This document shows, piece by piece, positions 24,880 through 38,381 of a stretch of 64,000 nt of DNA. Within the stretch, counting starts at the first letter, position 1. Every line of letters starts with the position of its first letter. Source of the stretch: Scyliorhinus canicula (lineage: Eukaryota); the NCBI RefSeq assembly GCF_902713615.1, contig NC_052149.1:200876059-200940058 (forward strand), read 5' to 3'. The translations under genes were made by a program, and so were the position numbers. The notes below the pieces were generated by a model, which saw only the letters and a program-made list of their open reading frames with translations, searched no databases and was not told where the DNA came from.

Positions 24880-25745
24880 AGGAAGTTGAGCTGAACAGAA
24901 TTGATGGGACTCAAAGTGGGAAAAGCATAATTGATGGCACACAGTCCCAGAATGTTAAGGGGGCTCGGAGCAAAAACTACATCCTTGGATATGGGAGGTT
25001 GGAATGGGGGCTGCATATTCAACAGCTCTGTTTAAGAGGGAGAAAGGATAGATAATCAAGTAACTACAGACTAGAAGATTAAAATATAGAAATAATTATC
25101 AACTTAAAAATACATTCTCCCTCTTAAATCATATCTTACATTGTGTTCTTTGAGTGAATAATGAAGTGTATTGATGAAATGAAATGAAATGAAAATCACA
25201 TTGTCACGAGTAGGCTTCAATGAAGTTACTGTGAAAAGCCCCTAGTCGCCACATTCCGGCGCCTGTCCGGGGAGGCTGTTACGGGAATCGAACCGTGCTG
25301 CTGGCCTGCTTGAAAAGCCAGTGATTTAGCCTAGTGAGCTAAACCAGCGGGATTGCAACAAAATATTATGCATGTGGGTTGTCAAAAGGCTGGCCTGGGG
25401 GCTTGTTAATAAAATTAAACTTGACAGTATTAAAGCATGTGGAGCACTGTCGATAGAAAGCTGGTTGAAAAGGATAGAAAACAAATTAGTTAATGGACGT
25501 CTTTTGGTCAGGAGGAAAATAAACAGTAGTGTTCCACAAAGGTCAGTGTTGGGATCACTGCTCTGCATAGAGAGATATTATACAAATAAAAACATTTGAT
25601 GTGGGTTGCCCATGGGGACAAAAATATCAATTCGTCGAAGAGGGGTGGGGAAAAAAAAAAAAAGAGTACACCAAATTAACTATGAAGGAAACTGTAAGTG
25701 ACTTCAGGAACACAGATTAGTCAATTGCATTGATAGATTGGATAA
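24880..25745 (+). mobile_element. Decayed CR1 RT fragment interrupted by a short SINE
   Basis: IESWL..VPQRSVLGSLL motif (ORF 25372-25599). Confidence 0.6.
25174..25348 (-). mobile_element. Very short tRNA-derived SINE with Rex1-like tail and (TTTCA)n end
   Basis: Minus strand: TTTAGCTCACTAGG (box A), GGTTCGATTCCC (box B), CAGGCGCCGGAATGTGGCGACTAGGGGCTTTTCACAGTAACTTCATTGAAGCCTACTCGTGACAA, then (TTTCA)n. Confidence 0.85.
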
Positions 25746-25766
25746 TCTTTAAATGAGAAAAATTAC

Positions 25767-25855
25767 CTGAATAGACGTTAAAATTGATGAAACATCATAA
25801 GTTGGGCTCCAGCGATTCTGTAAAATGTCTAAACATATGCTGCCATCTGCATAAA
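25767..25855 (-). CDS. UBE2B: UBE2B exon 5 (catalytic Cys88)
   Basis: ttttcag|(V)[29 protein letters not shown]|gtaatt; 89 nt. Confidence 0.97.
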
Positions 25856-25979
25856 CTGAAAACAGAAAACACGGCAGCAAATTTTGTTTCTGACAGTAAA
25901 AAAAAATGTAACTATGACTTACTGCCTCACTGCTTTGGTTTTTGGTTGATAGCCAAACAAAGACATCAAAAATAAGGTA

Positions 25980-27225
25980 ACATAATAGAGCAGGCATAGC
26001 TCATACTGCTCCTCCATTCAATACCATGGCTGATCTTGTGTCAATTTCACTTTCCCACCCACTCCCCATATCTGTAGATCCCCATGAGACACCAAAAACA
26101 ATCTATTTCTCACAACCTTCCATATGCTTAATGATGCAGCATCCACAACAGGTAGACAATTCTGAAGAATCAAAGCCCTCCAAGTGATGCAATTTCTCAT
26201 CTCAGTCTGAAATGATCATCTCCTTATCCTGAGACAGTACCCACATGTTCCATATTCCCCAACCCAGGAAAACAATCTTTCAGTCTCTACCCTGCCAAGT
26301 CACTCAGAATCTTCAATGTTTCAATGAGATCACTTCTCTTTCGCCTAGTCTCCAGACTCTGTGCCCTCCTCATGACATGCATTACCACCACCAACTTTGT
26401 AACATCAAACTTGGATACATTACTCCTCAAGCCTTTAATATAGATTGTAAATAGCTGAGGGGCAACTGATCCTTGTGGCACTTGATTATTTACAGCCTGG
26501 CGCTTGAAAATGCCCTGCTTATTCCTATTCTCGGCTCCCCGTCTGTTAATCCTCCATCGATGCCAACCCCATGAACCCTCATCTCTTATAGGAATTTCCT
26601 CTGTCGCTCCTTATAGAATGCCACGTGGAAATCCCAAGTATATTGCATCTCCTGTCTCTCCCTTATCAACACTGCTAGGCACATTGTCAAACAAATGTGA
26701 TAACTTTGTCAAAAAATATTTCCCTTTCATAAAACCATGATGACTCTTGTCCGAGTCTGATTATGCTGATTTTGTATATTAGGACTTCTTTAATAATGGA
26801 TTCCATCATTTTCCCGGATCACCAATGCCAGAGTAACTGACCTTTGTTCAGTTTTTTTTCTCCCTCCTTTCTTGAACAATATATAGAGTTGAATTTTCTA
26901 ACTTTCAATCCACTCAGACTGTCCTAGAATCTATAGAATTTTGGAATTCACTATCTGTACAGCTACGCATTCACACCCTGGGGATTTGTCATCAATAAGT
27001 CTCAAATTTCTCCAGTACTTTTCCTCTGCTGATCTTAATTACCTTAAGTTCCTCACTCTTAGTCTGTTGGGCACCCTCCATTTCTGGTGTCTTCTACTGT
27101 GAAGACAGACACACAATATTTGGTCAAGTCTCTGCTATTTCCTCATTACCCATGATAATTACTCCTGTCTGCCTCTAAAGGGACCATGGCCTACTTTAGC
27201 AATCTCATCCTTTTAATCTACTTAA
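25980..27225 (-). mobile_element. Decayed CR1 LINE
   Basis: PQGSVAPQLFTIYI..SKF and HGFMKGKYFLT motifs; CR1 tail near 25980. Confidence 0.75.
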
Positions 27226-27794
27226 TAGGTTTAGTATTTATATGATGTTTTCAGGGTTTTGAAAATTGCCACTGATTCGTCCTTCAAAATTCTCTATGAA
27301 CCAGACCATTAAGGGTGACATTCAGCAACAGCACTCTTGCCTTCCTCTTCACAGTATATCCCATATTGGAACAGACCATATAGCTTTCATCAAATTGATA
27401 TTTAACATTGAACATATTTATCAAACTACTTTCAAGAAAGGAAACTCCACATTCATTGCATTTGGGGTGCCCTGAGGAAGGTTGACAGCTCTCTCTGTAG
27501 AGGATCCCATCAACAAAGATTTAGCCAGAACCTGAAACCTGTATTTGGCAGTCAGAGGTTAAGCAATAATGTGCACCCACCGCTGATCTTAAAGCTGGCC
27601 CTAGAAATCTAGCAATCTCTGTGGCATGGATTTCCCCTTTCCCGGCGGCAGTATAAATCTGGCAACAAGTCAAGGCAAATGTCCAGCAGCAATGAGATTA
27701 GCAAGCAAGTTAAGCAACCAATCTCATTAGCAAACTAATAAGGTAGTGAACTAAATTCTGAATGGATTAAGCCAAAATATTATAAACAAGCAAA

Positions 27795-28232
27795 CAGAAT
27801 TGTTAGTGTAGAAGGAGACCATTTGGGCCATCGTGTTTGTAGCGGATCTCTGAATTAGCAATTTACGGAATGGCATTCTCCCCGTAATCCTGCACATTCT
27901 TCCTTTCCAGATAAGAGTCTGGCTCCCTTTTGAAAGCTTTGATTGAACCTACTTCCACCATATTCCAGACCTTAAACCACTCAGTGTGAAAAATGTTTTC
28001 CCCCATATCACTTTTGCTTCTTTTGCCAATTAGTTTAAATCTGGGCCGTCTCATTCTCAAACTCTGGATGGGGGCAACAGCTTCTCCCTATCTATTCTTC
28101 ACAGATCTCATGATTTTGAATACCTCTATCAAGTCTCCTCTTGGCCTTCTCTTCTCCAAGAAAAACAGACCCAACTTCTCCAAATCACCATTGTATCTAA
28201 AATTCCTCATCCCTGGGACCATTCTTGTGAAT
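27795..28232 (-). mobile_element. Decayed CR1 3' end
   Basis: RMVPGMRNF..LFFLEKRRPRGDLIEVFKIM..AFKREPDSYL. Confidence 0.75.
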
Positions 28233-28974
28233 CATGAATTGAACAAAATATATTTTAAAATAGGTGGATTAAAAAAAAGCCATAATGGGGGAATCTAACA
28301 GTCCATAAACGATAAATTAGCTATTGAGACCCAGTGAGCGTGTTTAACAGTAACTCTGAACTTAGTGCACCATTAAAAATCAAATTACACCTCAACAAAT
28401 GGAAACTTCCTCAAGAATTTTATAGTGAGACTAATAATGGCAACGTGAAAGTTGTCACCAATTCACTGACTGCTTAGGAACTGCACTCTTAAGCAACCTC
28501 AACAGCGCACATTCTGGAGAAGCGTAGAATACTCAACGCTTTTCCCCCCACTGGACAGGGAGAGGGAGAAGCAAAGGAATCTACAGGGACAGAGAATAAA
28601 GCCTGCACATTTCCATTCACTGCACTCGGTGCTCTAATAGACATTATCATCCAGTTACTCTAGCTTTCAACATCCTACATAGTAACTCAGGTTAATTATG
28701 ATCAAAAGTTGTTTTGACTCAATTAATTTGGAGGTCAATGAAAACTTTTAGGAAAATTTCTCTTTCGAAAGCATGATTCGCAGTGGGAAACTGAGAACAT
28801 CGGGTAGAATACACAACAGGGCAAGTTGTAATAAACAGGCTCTCCTCCATGCTTTCTTACATCTTGTAACTCAAAAACTTTGCAGCTCCTTGCAAGTTTC
28901 CTTCTTCTGTCTGCAAGCTGCTCGGATGGCTCAGTGACGGACAAAAAACACGAATGTACTTTTAAACAAAATTA

Positions 28975-29521
28975 ATTTACAGGATGTGGGCGTTGCTGGT
29001 TAGGCCAGCATTTGTTGCCCATCCCTAGTTACCCTTCAGAAGGTGGTGCTAAGCTGCCTTCTTGAATCGCTGCAGTCCTTGAGGTGTAGGTACACCCACT
29101 GTGCTGTTAGGGAGGGAGTTCCAGGATTTTGCCCCAGCGACAGTGAAGGAACGGCGATATATTTCCAAGTCAGGGTGGTGAGTGACTTGGGGGGGAACCT
29201 CCATTGGTGGTGTTCCCTTTTATCTGCAGCTCTTGTCCTTCTTGACGGTAGTGGTCATGGGTTTGGAAGGTGCTGTCTAAGGTACCTTGGTGAGTTACTG
29301 TAGTGCATCTTGGAGATGGTACACACTGCTGCTGCTGTTCGTCAGTGGTGGAGGGTTTGAACGTTGATAGAATGGGGGAGCAATCAAGCAGACTGCTTTT
29401 TCCTGGATGGTGTTGCGCTTCTTGAGTGTTGTTGGACGTGCACTCATTCAGGCAAGTGGAGTGTATGAGATTATTCTATTAAACCCCTGACTTGTGCCTT
29501 GTAGATGGTGGACAGGCTTTG

Positions 29522-29556
<35 letters not shown>

Positions 29557-30045
29557 GTCAAGAGGTGAGTTACTCACTGTAGGGTTAGCCTTTGACCTGC
29601 CCTGGTACACACAGTATTGATATGGCTAGTCCAGTTCAGTTTCTGGTCAATGGTAGCCCCCAGGATGCTGATTGTGGGGGAGTCAGCGATGGCAATGCCA
29701 TTGAATGTCAAGAGGCAGTGGTTAGATTCTCTCTTGTAGGAGATGGTCATTGCCTGCCACTTATGTGGTGTTAATGTAACTTGCCACTTAGCAGACCAAG
29801 GCTGGATATTGCCCAGGCCTTATTGCATTTGGACATGGACTGCTTCATTATCTGAGGAGTTGTGAATGGTGCAGGACATTTTGCAGTCACCGCAAACATC
29901 CTCACTTCTGAACTCATGATGGAAAGGAGGTCATTGATGAAGCAGCTGAAGATGGTTGCGCACCTGGACATTACCCTGAGGAACTCCTGCAGTGATGTCC
30001 TGGAGTTGAGAATTTACCTCCAACCACCACAACCATCTTCCTTTG
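28975..30045 (-). mobile_element. CR1/L2-group LINE, 3' part of RT ORF and 3' end
   Basis: PQG..FSCFINDL..VRMFA motif; terminal AACTAGGGATGGGCAACAAATGCTGGCCTAACCAGCAACGCCCACATCC. Related fragments at ~23420-24200 and ~31380-31650. Confidence 0.7.
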
Positions 30046-30449
30046 TAGTGAACCATACAGGCAAATATACTTCTGTATTGTACAGATTTATCCAAAGTCT
30101 GCATGGATTTTTACTTGTAAACAATTGACTTCAGTATCTCCCAGATTTGGGGTGGGAGAGATTCAGGAAAGAGAAATAACTTTAAGTTCCCATTCGTAAC
30201 GATTGTCCAAAGATTCTTAACTGAAAAGGTGCATAAAGATACAGGGGCAGGTCTGCTGCAACAGTTTCTACAGTCAGTTACCTAATTTAATACTATCTAC
30301 GTTCATATGTGAAGAATGGCCAACTGGGCAAGGCACAAGAAACTATTATAAACATACCATTATTAGTCATTACATCTTATGAAAAAAATAAATTGAAAGA
30401 TAAAAATAAATTGAAATATATACACTGTACAATAATGTTTAACACTTAC

Positions 30450-30539
30450 CATTTGGATGGAACATTTTTGACACAAATCGAACAGTTGGAGGTTTATTAG
30501 GATATTCCTCTGTAAATTCTATAACCAATTTGAAAGTAC
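30450..30539 (-). CDS. UBE2B: UBE2B exon 4 (HPN motif)
   Basis: tttatag|(G)[29 protein letters not shown]|gtaagt; 90 nt. Confidence 0.97.
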
Positions 30540-32033
30540 CTATAAACAGAAATCAGATAATTCTTCCTTTTACAAATTATTAACAAAAAACTAAGTTTTC
30601 ATGTATATAGTAATCATGAATTAGAACCATTCGCTCTCTCATTCAATCTTACTCAACGAAAACATTTAAGAGTTTGCAATACTGTACAAAATCTTGAGTA
30701 AATATTCCTTCTTACTACAAGACAAAGGGGGCATTTCGGCAATATGAAAACAGTTGTAAAGTTCTATGTAAAGGCACAGTGATACAAACATTTAAGCCTC
30801 AATTCCTAGATTCATAGGAATCTGTTCAAATATACCTTTTTCTACCCCATTCCAGCAAATGCATCATGCCCATCTCTACCCTGCAAAGTATTATAAAAGA
30901 TGTAATTTATTGCTGCAATAAACACAGTTCATCATCTCTGGTTGTCTTTCAATTGGAGCGTGACATCTACTCGGGGTGACTAGATTTCTGCCACGAGTGT
31001 TCAAACGATGAACAGGCCAATTCTCAACCCGCAAATCTTTGGGAATATGGGGCAGGATGCCCCACGAGGTTGTGGAATCTGGAATGTAGGATTTACTTCC
31101 TCTTCTTTCCTCCTGCTGCTGCTCTGCCTCATCATTAAGACATTCAGATTGTGATGGAGCTTTATGGACAAATACACTGCTTTTACAGATAACTCACAAG
31201 TATACATAAAATCTAATGAGATTAGTTTAACCACCTCCCTTTGACATTGAATGGGGTTATCAGTGCAGAATTTCCCCCCTACCCCCATAGTGCCCCAAAT
31301 CATCCTGTGTGTCCACTCTGTCAAAGGACAAAGCACTTGGCTTGATGGCACCTCACAATTGCCTTAAATATGCACTCTCTCCACAAATGGCATGCAGTGG
31401 TTGAAGCATGTACCATCTCGGGCTTCTCCAACATGTACTGACTATACCTACAACCTCTACTACCTAAAAGAGGCAGCAGGCCCAAGTTCCTCGTAAAGAT
31501 GCACTACAACCTGGCTTAGAAATGTATTGTTTCCGCACCGTCCGTGGTTCGAAATCCTGGAACTCCCTCCCAGAAGCAGAAGCAGAATTTTGGTGTATCT
31601 ACACCAGTGTGCTGTGATTCAATTAGGGATGTGTAATAAATACCTTCCTGCTCAAGAAATTAGCAACATCAATAAGCACACTGTATTTTCCATGCATGGC
31701 CACTGGGAACTTGTGCACGGTGTGTCAGAGTATTTGCGTCCTTCAATCTACCCACTATACAGCATCAGGAGCCAAGTACTTTTTTAAAGAATATTACATC
31801 AGTCCAGTGACCCAACAAGTAAACAGACCAACATGATGTATAGCAAGACATTGTCTATGTTGTCAATTGTGAACACACTTAATTTTAATTTCAGCTGCAC
31901 AAGCTACTTGGTAAGGAATCCCATGTGAAACAGAGCAAGTTAATTTTCCTCCCTGCTTTCTCGTTAGTTTTCCAAATTAATGAACAAATAAAAGGATTGA
32001 GTGGGTTTATTTTGTTCAGGGATGTCAACTTAC

Positions 32034-32059
32034 CATCTTCAAAAGGTGTTCCTTCTGGT
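32034..32059 (-). CDS. UBE2B: UBE2B exon 3 (26-nt micro-exon)
   Basis: tttttctgtttctag|A CCA GAA GGA ACA CCT TTT GAA GAT G|gtaagt = PEGTPFED. Confidence 0.96.
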
Positions 32060-32430
32060 CTAGAAACAGAAAAATGTCAAGGAGGGAAGGAAACAAGCAT
32101 TAGAAATATTAAAAACACATTAAGGAGCAGCACCTGCCACCTACAATCTGAAGGAGTAGAAAATAATAAACCAATCTCAGTTTTAATAACATCTTAAAAT
32201 CAGTGCATTAACATTTTGTACTTAAATTATGGTTAATTTGCACAATTTGTAAGACTGCTCTGCCACATGTTATGTGTGAACAACTGAGTCATCCACAGAT
32301 TACCTTGACAAGAGAGTACATCAGCCAGAAATATTTTTAATTCGCTCCAAGTCTTGTCCACCAGGACTGATTATATTGGAAAAAGTTTGTAAACATTACC
32401 CTCTGTTCTGGGTCGCCAATTTCACTCTTG

Positions 32431-32550
32431 ACCCGTAACAGCCTCCCCGAACAGGCGCCGGAATGTGGCGACTAGGGGCTTTTCACAGTAACTTCATTTG
32501 AAGCCTACTCGTGACAATAAGCGATTTTCATTTCATTTTCATTTCATTTT
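32431..32550 (+). mobile_element. 5'-truncated copy of the short SINE with Rex1-like tail
   Basis: Nearly identical to the reverse complement of 25174-25285; ends GTGACAATAAGCGA(TTTCA)n. Confidence 0.85.
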
Positions 32551-33294
32551 ACCCTGATTTAGACATTTTCAGATTCTATAGAAGTTAATTCGCATTCTCC
32601 ATGGTTGGGACAACTTAGTAAATGGCATTACTATTTTTTTCCTTTAATTGTTCAAATAAAATAAAAAACAATAGAGCATCTATCCCCTCAGATTTTTTGG
32701 CCCATTTTCCTCCTTTCGTTCATGAACCTGTTAAATCATGTCATGGCAAACCTTGTCACAAATGCCTTTTCTTCATGTATAAGCCTGAACAGTGAATGCT
32801 GTTACGCCATCCAACCAAGTGATTATTACCTGATTTTTCCTCATCCAGTACACATCCCCCACCAGTGACAGACTTGTGATCAAGAGCAGCATAATACAAT
32901 TAGAACAATATTCAAACTGTCTAATGAGTCTAACCCAATATAGGCCAGGGATTGAACATAGGTCAGTTCCAGTCCATATAATCAGCTACCATGCAGTTAA
33001 TTTATCTGCAAGCTTTGAAAATAATCTTTTAAATATGGTTTTCTGTTTTTGTTTCAATTGATTGAAGTATTGGAATTAACAAAATCAAAGTGCAAAAAAA
33101 TTACAATATCTGGTTATCGCAATAATTTGTAAATAACAATCACAGGATCGGTTTTAAAAGTTGTGCATTATAGCTCTCCATAATTTATAGTAAATACATC
33201 GTCCGAAGCAATACGGAAGAGACATTGGCTTGAATGTTGTGACAAGAATAACGGCGAGATTTCCAGTGCTTATTGTTATAAGGAAGAAATCTAA

Positions 33295-34022
33295 CATGTC
33301 CATTTTGGAAGCAAGAATAGAAAAGGATAAGTATTTAAATGGTTAGGGAATGAAGAATATTACAGGTTAGAGGGATTTGGGTGTACTTTCACATGAATCA
33401 CAAAGTTAACATGCAAGGACTACAAGTGATTAGGAAGACAAATGGAATGTTGGCCTTTATTGCAAGAAGAAGAATAGAGTACAATTGTAGGGAAGTCTCG
33501 CTACAGTTGTAGAAGGCTTTGGTGAGGCCACAATTAGAGTACGGTGTACAGTTCTGGTTTCGTTATTCGAGGGATATATTTTCCCTCGAAGCAGCTCAAA
33601 GAAAGTGAACGTGGCCGGTTCCTGGGATGAAAGGGTTTACTCACATGGAAAGGCTGAACAGGTTGTGGGGGTTTAGTAGAATTATTGAAAAATAAAAGAT
33701 TCTGAGTGGGCTTTGTAGGATAGATGCCGAGAAGAGTTTCCTCTTATGGGGGATTCTAGAACCAGGGGTACTGTTTAAACAAAACAAGTGCTTCTCCATT
33801 TAAGACAAATGTGGAGGAATTTATTCTCAGAGGGTTGTTAGCCTTTGGAATTCTCTTCCACAGGGTGCAGAGAAGGCCAAGTCAGGTGGATATTTCACTG
33901 ACAAGAGAGTTAATGGTTATGATATAGGACAGGCAGGAGAGTGGAGTTCAGGCCACAATCAGATTAGGTAATGCTTCATGAGGCAAATTCCCTTTTGAAC
34001 CTCCTATTTCCAATGATCTGAT
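33295..34022 (+). mobile_element. Decayed CR1 3' portion
   Basis: RDLGV, KTNGMLAFIAR, LVRPQLEYGVQFW, FILRGLLAFGIL remnants and a CR1 tail. Confidence 0.75.
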
Positions 34023-34233
34023 AACCGTCCCACTAGAATCACACTAAAATCTGCAGAAACAATTAGGGTTATTGCATTCCGGGTTAATGCATTCAGGTGT
34101 GAGATTTAACTCGATGGCAAGTGTTAATTATTGAACAACTTCTCTGGTGCTGAAAAATTGATTTTACAAGTGTTGAGCTTCATTCCCCCTGAAGAAGTTT
34201 ATTGTTGAAGTTTGTTTAAAAAATAGCAGAGAG

Positions 34234-37200
34234 CCATGGGGAGCGGGTCAGAAGGGGAGGGTCGACCCGGGGCGAGCAGGGAACAGGACATGGCTAATCG
34301 GCAGGGGAAGGGGGCGGGTCGTCCCGCGACCCGGCTGATCACTTGGAACGTGAGGGGGTTGAATGGGCCGGTCAAGAGATCAAGGGTATTCTCACACCTG
34401 AAGGGACTGAAGGCTGATGTAGCAATGTTACAGGAGACCCATTTGAAGGTAGTGGACCAGGTTCGCCTGAGAAGGGGGTGGGTGGGACAGGTGTTCCACT
34501 CTGGATTGGACGCAAAGAACCGGGGGGTGGCGATTCTGGTGGGAAAGAGGGTGTCGTTCGTGGCGGAGGAGGTGGTGGCGGATAAGGAGGGTAGGTATGT
34601 GATGGTGAAGGGTAAGCTGCAGGGGGAGAAAGTGGTGATGGTCAACGTATATGCCCCGAACTGGGATGACGCGGGTTTTATGAGGCGCCTATTGGGCCTC
34701 ATTCCGGGACTGGAGGCAGGGGGCTTGATCATGGGGGGGGACTTTAACACAGTGCTGGACCCCGGGCTAGACAGATCGAGCGCAAGGACCAATAGGAGGC
34801 CGGCAGCGGCAGAAGTGCTGAGGGGGTACATGGAGCAGATGGGAGGAGTAGACCCATGGAGGTTTGGTAGGCCGAGGGCGAGGGAGTATTCCTTTTTCTC
34901 CCACGTCCATAGAGTGTACTCCAGAATCGATTTCTTCGTGTTGAGCAGGGGGCTGATCCCGAGGGTACGGGAAGCTGAGTACTCGGCCATTGCGATCTCT
35001 GATCATGCACCGCATTGGGTGGATGTGGAAATGGGGGAGGCGCGGACCAGCGCCCGCTGTGGCGGCTGGATGTGGGGCTGTTAGCGGACGACGAGGTGTG
35101 TAAAAGGGTCCGGAAGAGCATTGAGAGCTATCTGGACTTGAATGACACGGGTGAGGTGCAGGTGGGGATGGTCTGGGAGGCCCTGAAGGCAGTGATCAGG
35201 GGAGAGCTGATCTCCATAAGGGCGCATAGAGAAAGAAAGGAGAGGCAGGAGAGGGAGAGGCTGGTGGGGGAGCTATTGGAAGTGGATAGGAGATATGCGG
35301 AGGCACCAGAGGAGGGGCTGCTGGAAGAACGGCGCAGCCTGCAGGTCAAGTTCGACCTGCTGACCACCAGGAAGGCAGAGACGCAGTGGAGAAGGGCACA
35401 GGGCGCGGTCTATGAGTATGGGGAAAAGGCGAGCAGGATGCTGGCACACCAGCTTCGCAAACGAGATGCGGCTAGGGAGATTGGGGGAGTGAAGGAGAGG
35501 GGCGGGAAGGTAGTGCAGAAGGGGCAAGAAGTGAACGGGGTCTTCAGGGATTTTTACAAGGAGTTGTATCGGTCTGAGCCGCCGACAAGGAGAGGGGGAA
35601 TGGAGGACTTCCTAAACAAATTGAGGTTCCCAAGGGTCCAGGAGGGGCTGGTAGAAGGGCTGGGGGCGCCAATAGGGCTAGAGGAGCTAGTCAAGGGAAT
35701 AGGTCAGATGCAAGCGGGGAAGGCGCCGGGGCCAGATGGGTTCCCGGTGGAATTCTATAAGAAAAATGTGGACTTGGTGGGACCGGTACTGGTACGAGCC
35801 TTTAATGAGGCGCGAGAGGGGGGGGTTCTGCCCCCGACAATGTCGCAGGCTCTGATCTCCCTGATATTGAAGCGGGATAAAGACCCTGTGCAGTGCGGGT
35901 CCTACAGGCCTATCTCGCTTCTGAACGTGGATGCCAAGTTGCTGGCAAAGATCCTGGCAGCTAGAATAGAGGATTGTGTGCCAGGGGTAATCCATGAGGA
36001 CCAGACGGGGTTCGTGAAGGGGCGGCAGCTCAACACGAACGTGCGGAGATTGCTGAATGTAATTATGATGCCGGCAGTGGAGGGGGAGGCTGAGATAGTG
36101 GTAGCGCTGGACGCGGAGAAGGCATTCGATAGGGTGGAGTGGGAGTACCTGTGGGAGACGTTGAAACGGTTTGGGTTTGGGGAAGGGTTTATTAAGTGGG
36201 TGAAGTTGCTCTACTCGGCCCCGACGGCGAGTGTAGTGACAAACGGGAGGAGGTCGGAGTATTTCGGGCTCCACCGAGGGACCAGGCAGGGATGTCCCCT
36301 ATCCCCCCTACTTTTCGCACTGGCGATTGAACCGTTGGCGATGGCACTGAGGGGTTCAGGGGGGTGGAGAGGACTGACTAGGGGAGGGGAGGAACATCGA
36401 GTATCGCTGTATGCGGATGATCTACTGCTGTACGTGGCAGACCCAGAAGGGGGAATGCCGGAGATAATGGAACTATTAGCAGAGTTTGGGGACTTTTCGG
36501 GGTACAAATTAAATTTGGGCAAAAGCGAGGTTTTTGTGATACACCCGGGGGACCAGGGAGAGGGTATTGGGAGACTCCCCTTCAAGCGAGCAGGAAAGAG
36601 CTTTAGGTACTTAGGGGTGCAGGTGGCAAGGAACTGGGGGACCCTCCACAAGTTGAACTTTTCCAGGCTGGTGGAACAGATGGAGGAGGAGTTTAAGAGG
36701 TGGGACATGGTACCGTTGTCGCTGGCGGGGAGGGTGCAGTCAATCAAAATGACGGTCCTCCCAAGGTTCTTATTTTTATTTCAGTGCTTGCCCATCTTCC
36801 TCCCTAGGGCCTTCTTCAAAAAGGTGACGAGTAGCATCATGAGCTACGTGTGGGCGCATGGCACCCCAAGGGTGAGGAGGGTCTTTTTGGAGCGGAGTAG
36901 GGACAGTGGAGGGCTGGCACTGCCCAATCTCTCGGGGTACTACTGGGCGGCAAATGTGTCAATGGTGCGCAAGTGGATGATGGAAGGGGAGGGGGCAGCT
37001 TGGAAACGAATGGAGAGGGCGTCCTGTGGCAACACAAGCCTGGGGGCCCTAGTAACGGCACCATGGCCGCTCCCCCCCACGAGGTACACCACGAGCCCGG
37101 TGGTGGCGGCCACCCTCAAGATATGGGGGCAGTGGAGGCGACATAGGGGTGAAATGGGAGGTCTGTTGGCGGCGCCAATAAGAGGGAACCATAGATTCAT

Positions 37201-38381
37201 CCCGGGGAACATCGACGGGGGATTTCAGAGCTGGTACAGGGTGGGCATACGGCAGCTGAAGGACCTGTTTATAGAGGGGAGGTTTGCGAGCCTGGGAGGG
37301 CTGGAGGAGAAGTTTGAGCTCCCCCCGGGAAACATGTTCAGATATTTACAAGTGAAGGCATTTGCTAGGCGGCAGGTGGAGGGGTTTCCCCTGCTCCCCA
37401 GTAAGGGGGCGAGTGATAGGGTGCTCTCGGGGGTCTGGGTCGGAGGGGGGAAGATATCAGACATCTACAAGATAATGCAGGAAGCGGAAGCAGCATCGGG
37501 GGAGGAGCTGAAAGCCAAGTGGGAAGGGGAGCTGGGAGAGCAGATAGAAGACGGGACGTGGGCGGATGCACTGGAGAAGGTCAACTCTTCCTCCTCGTGT
37601 GCGAGACTGAGCCTCATTCAATTTAAGGTGCTGCATAGAGCTCACATGACGGGGACAAGGATGAGCCGGTTCTTTGGGGGTGAGGACAGGTGTGTCAGAT
37701 GTCTGGGAAGCCCAGCGAACCATGTGCATATGTTCTGGGCATGTCCGGTGCTGGAAGGGTTCTGGAAGGGGGTGGCAAGGACGGTGTCGAAGGTGGTGGG
37801 GTCCAGGGTCAAACCAGGATGGGGGCTTGCGATCTTTGGGGTCGGGGTAGAACCGGGGGTACAGGAGGCTAGGGAGGCCGGAATACTGGCCTTTGCGTCC
37901 CTAGTGGCTCGACGAAGGATATTAATTCAATGGAAGGACGCGAGGCCTCCAAGCGTTGAAACTTGGATTAACGATATGGCTAGCTATATTCAGCTAGAAA
38001 GGATCAAATTTGCCCTGAAAGGGTCGGTACAGGGATTCGCCAGGCGGTGGCAACCTTTCCTTGACTTTTTAGATCAGAGATAGACGTTCGGGGTCGTGGC
38101 AGCAGCAACGGGGGGGGGGGGGGCAGCAAGGGTCGTGGGGGGACACGCACGACTGTAACGCGGGCAAGCCTGCTCGCTGCTCATGTCTGAAACTGTAGGC
38201 TGCCTTGGTTGTTAAGGTTGCCTGGGGGGGGGGGGGGGGGGGGGGGGGGGAGGACTGGTGCGCGCGAGAGGGCGGGCGAGGGAGGGACATTTGCCTAGAG
38301 GGATTGTGTTGTAAATAATTTAAAAATTAGTAGGGGTAAATGTCTGTATGGAAAAACTCTTTCAATAAAAATTATTTAAAA
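34234..38381 (+). mobile_element. Young L1-clade LINE, 5'-truncated just upstream of ORF2, in UBE2B intron 2 (antisense to the gene)
   Basis: Perfect 16-bp TSD AAAAAATAGCAGAGAG (34218-34233 / 38382-38397) at a TTT/AAAA site; AATAAA at 38364 and an A-tail; G-run-rich 3' UTR. Confidence 0.97.
34290..38083 (+). pseudogene. L1 ORF2 (APE endonuclease - RT - CCHC) broken by one 1-bp frameshift at ~35044
   Basis: EN motifs ITWNVRGL, LQETH, NVYAPN, GGDFN, SRIDF, SDH; RT motifs PGPDG, YRPISLLN, DAEKAFD, RQGCPLSP, YADD; C-terminal CVRC..H..WAC. Two long ORFs join at GAG GCG CGG [G]AC CAG. Confidence 0.93.

Noticed and set aside
29525-29556. Long G/C homopolymers (also ~1772, 3095, 14476, 17138, 38224)
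   Set aside because: Mostly inside repeats; their lengths are unreliable in assemblies and nothing suggests function.
35030-35050. Programmed ribosomal frameshift between the L1 EN and RT ORFs
   Set aside because: L1 ORF2 is normally one frame, there is no X XXY YYZ slippery heptamer at the junction, and a single lost G explains it.
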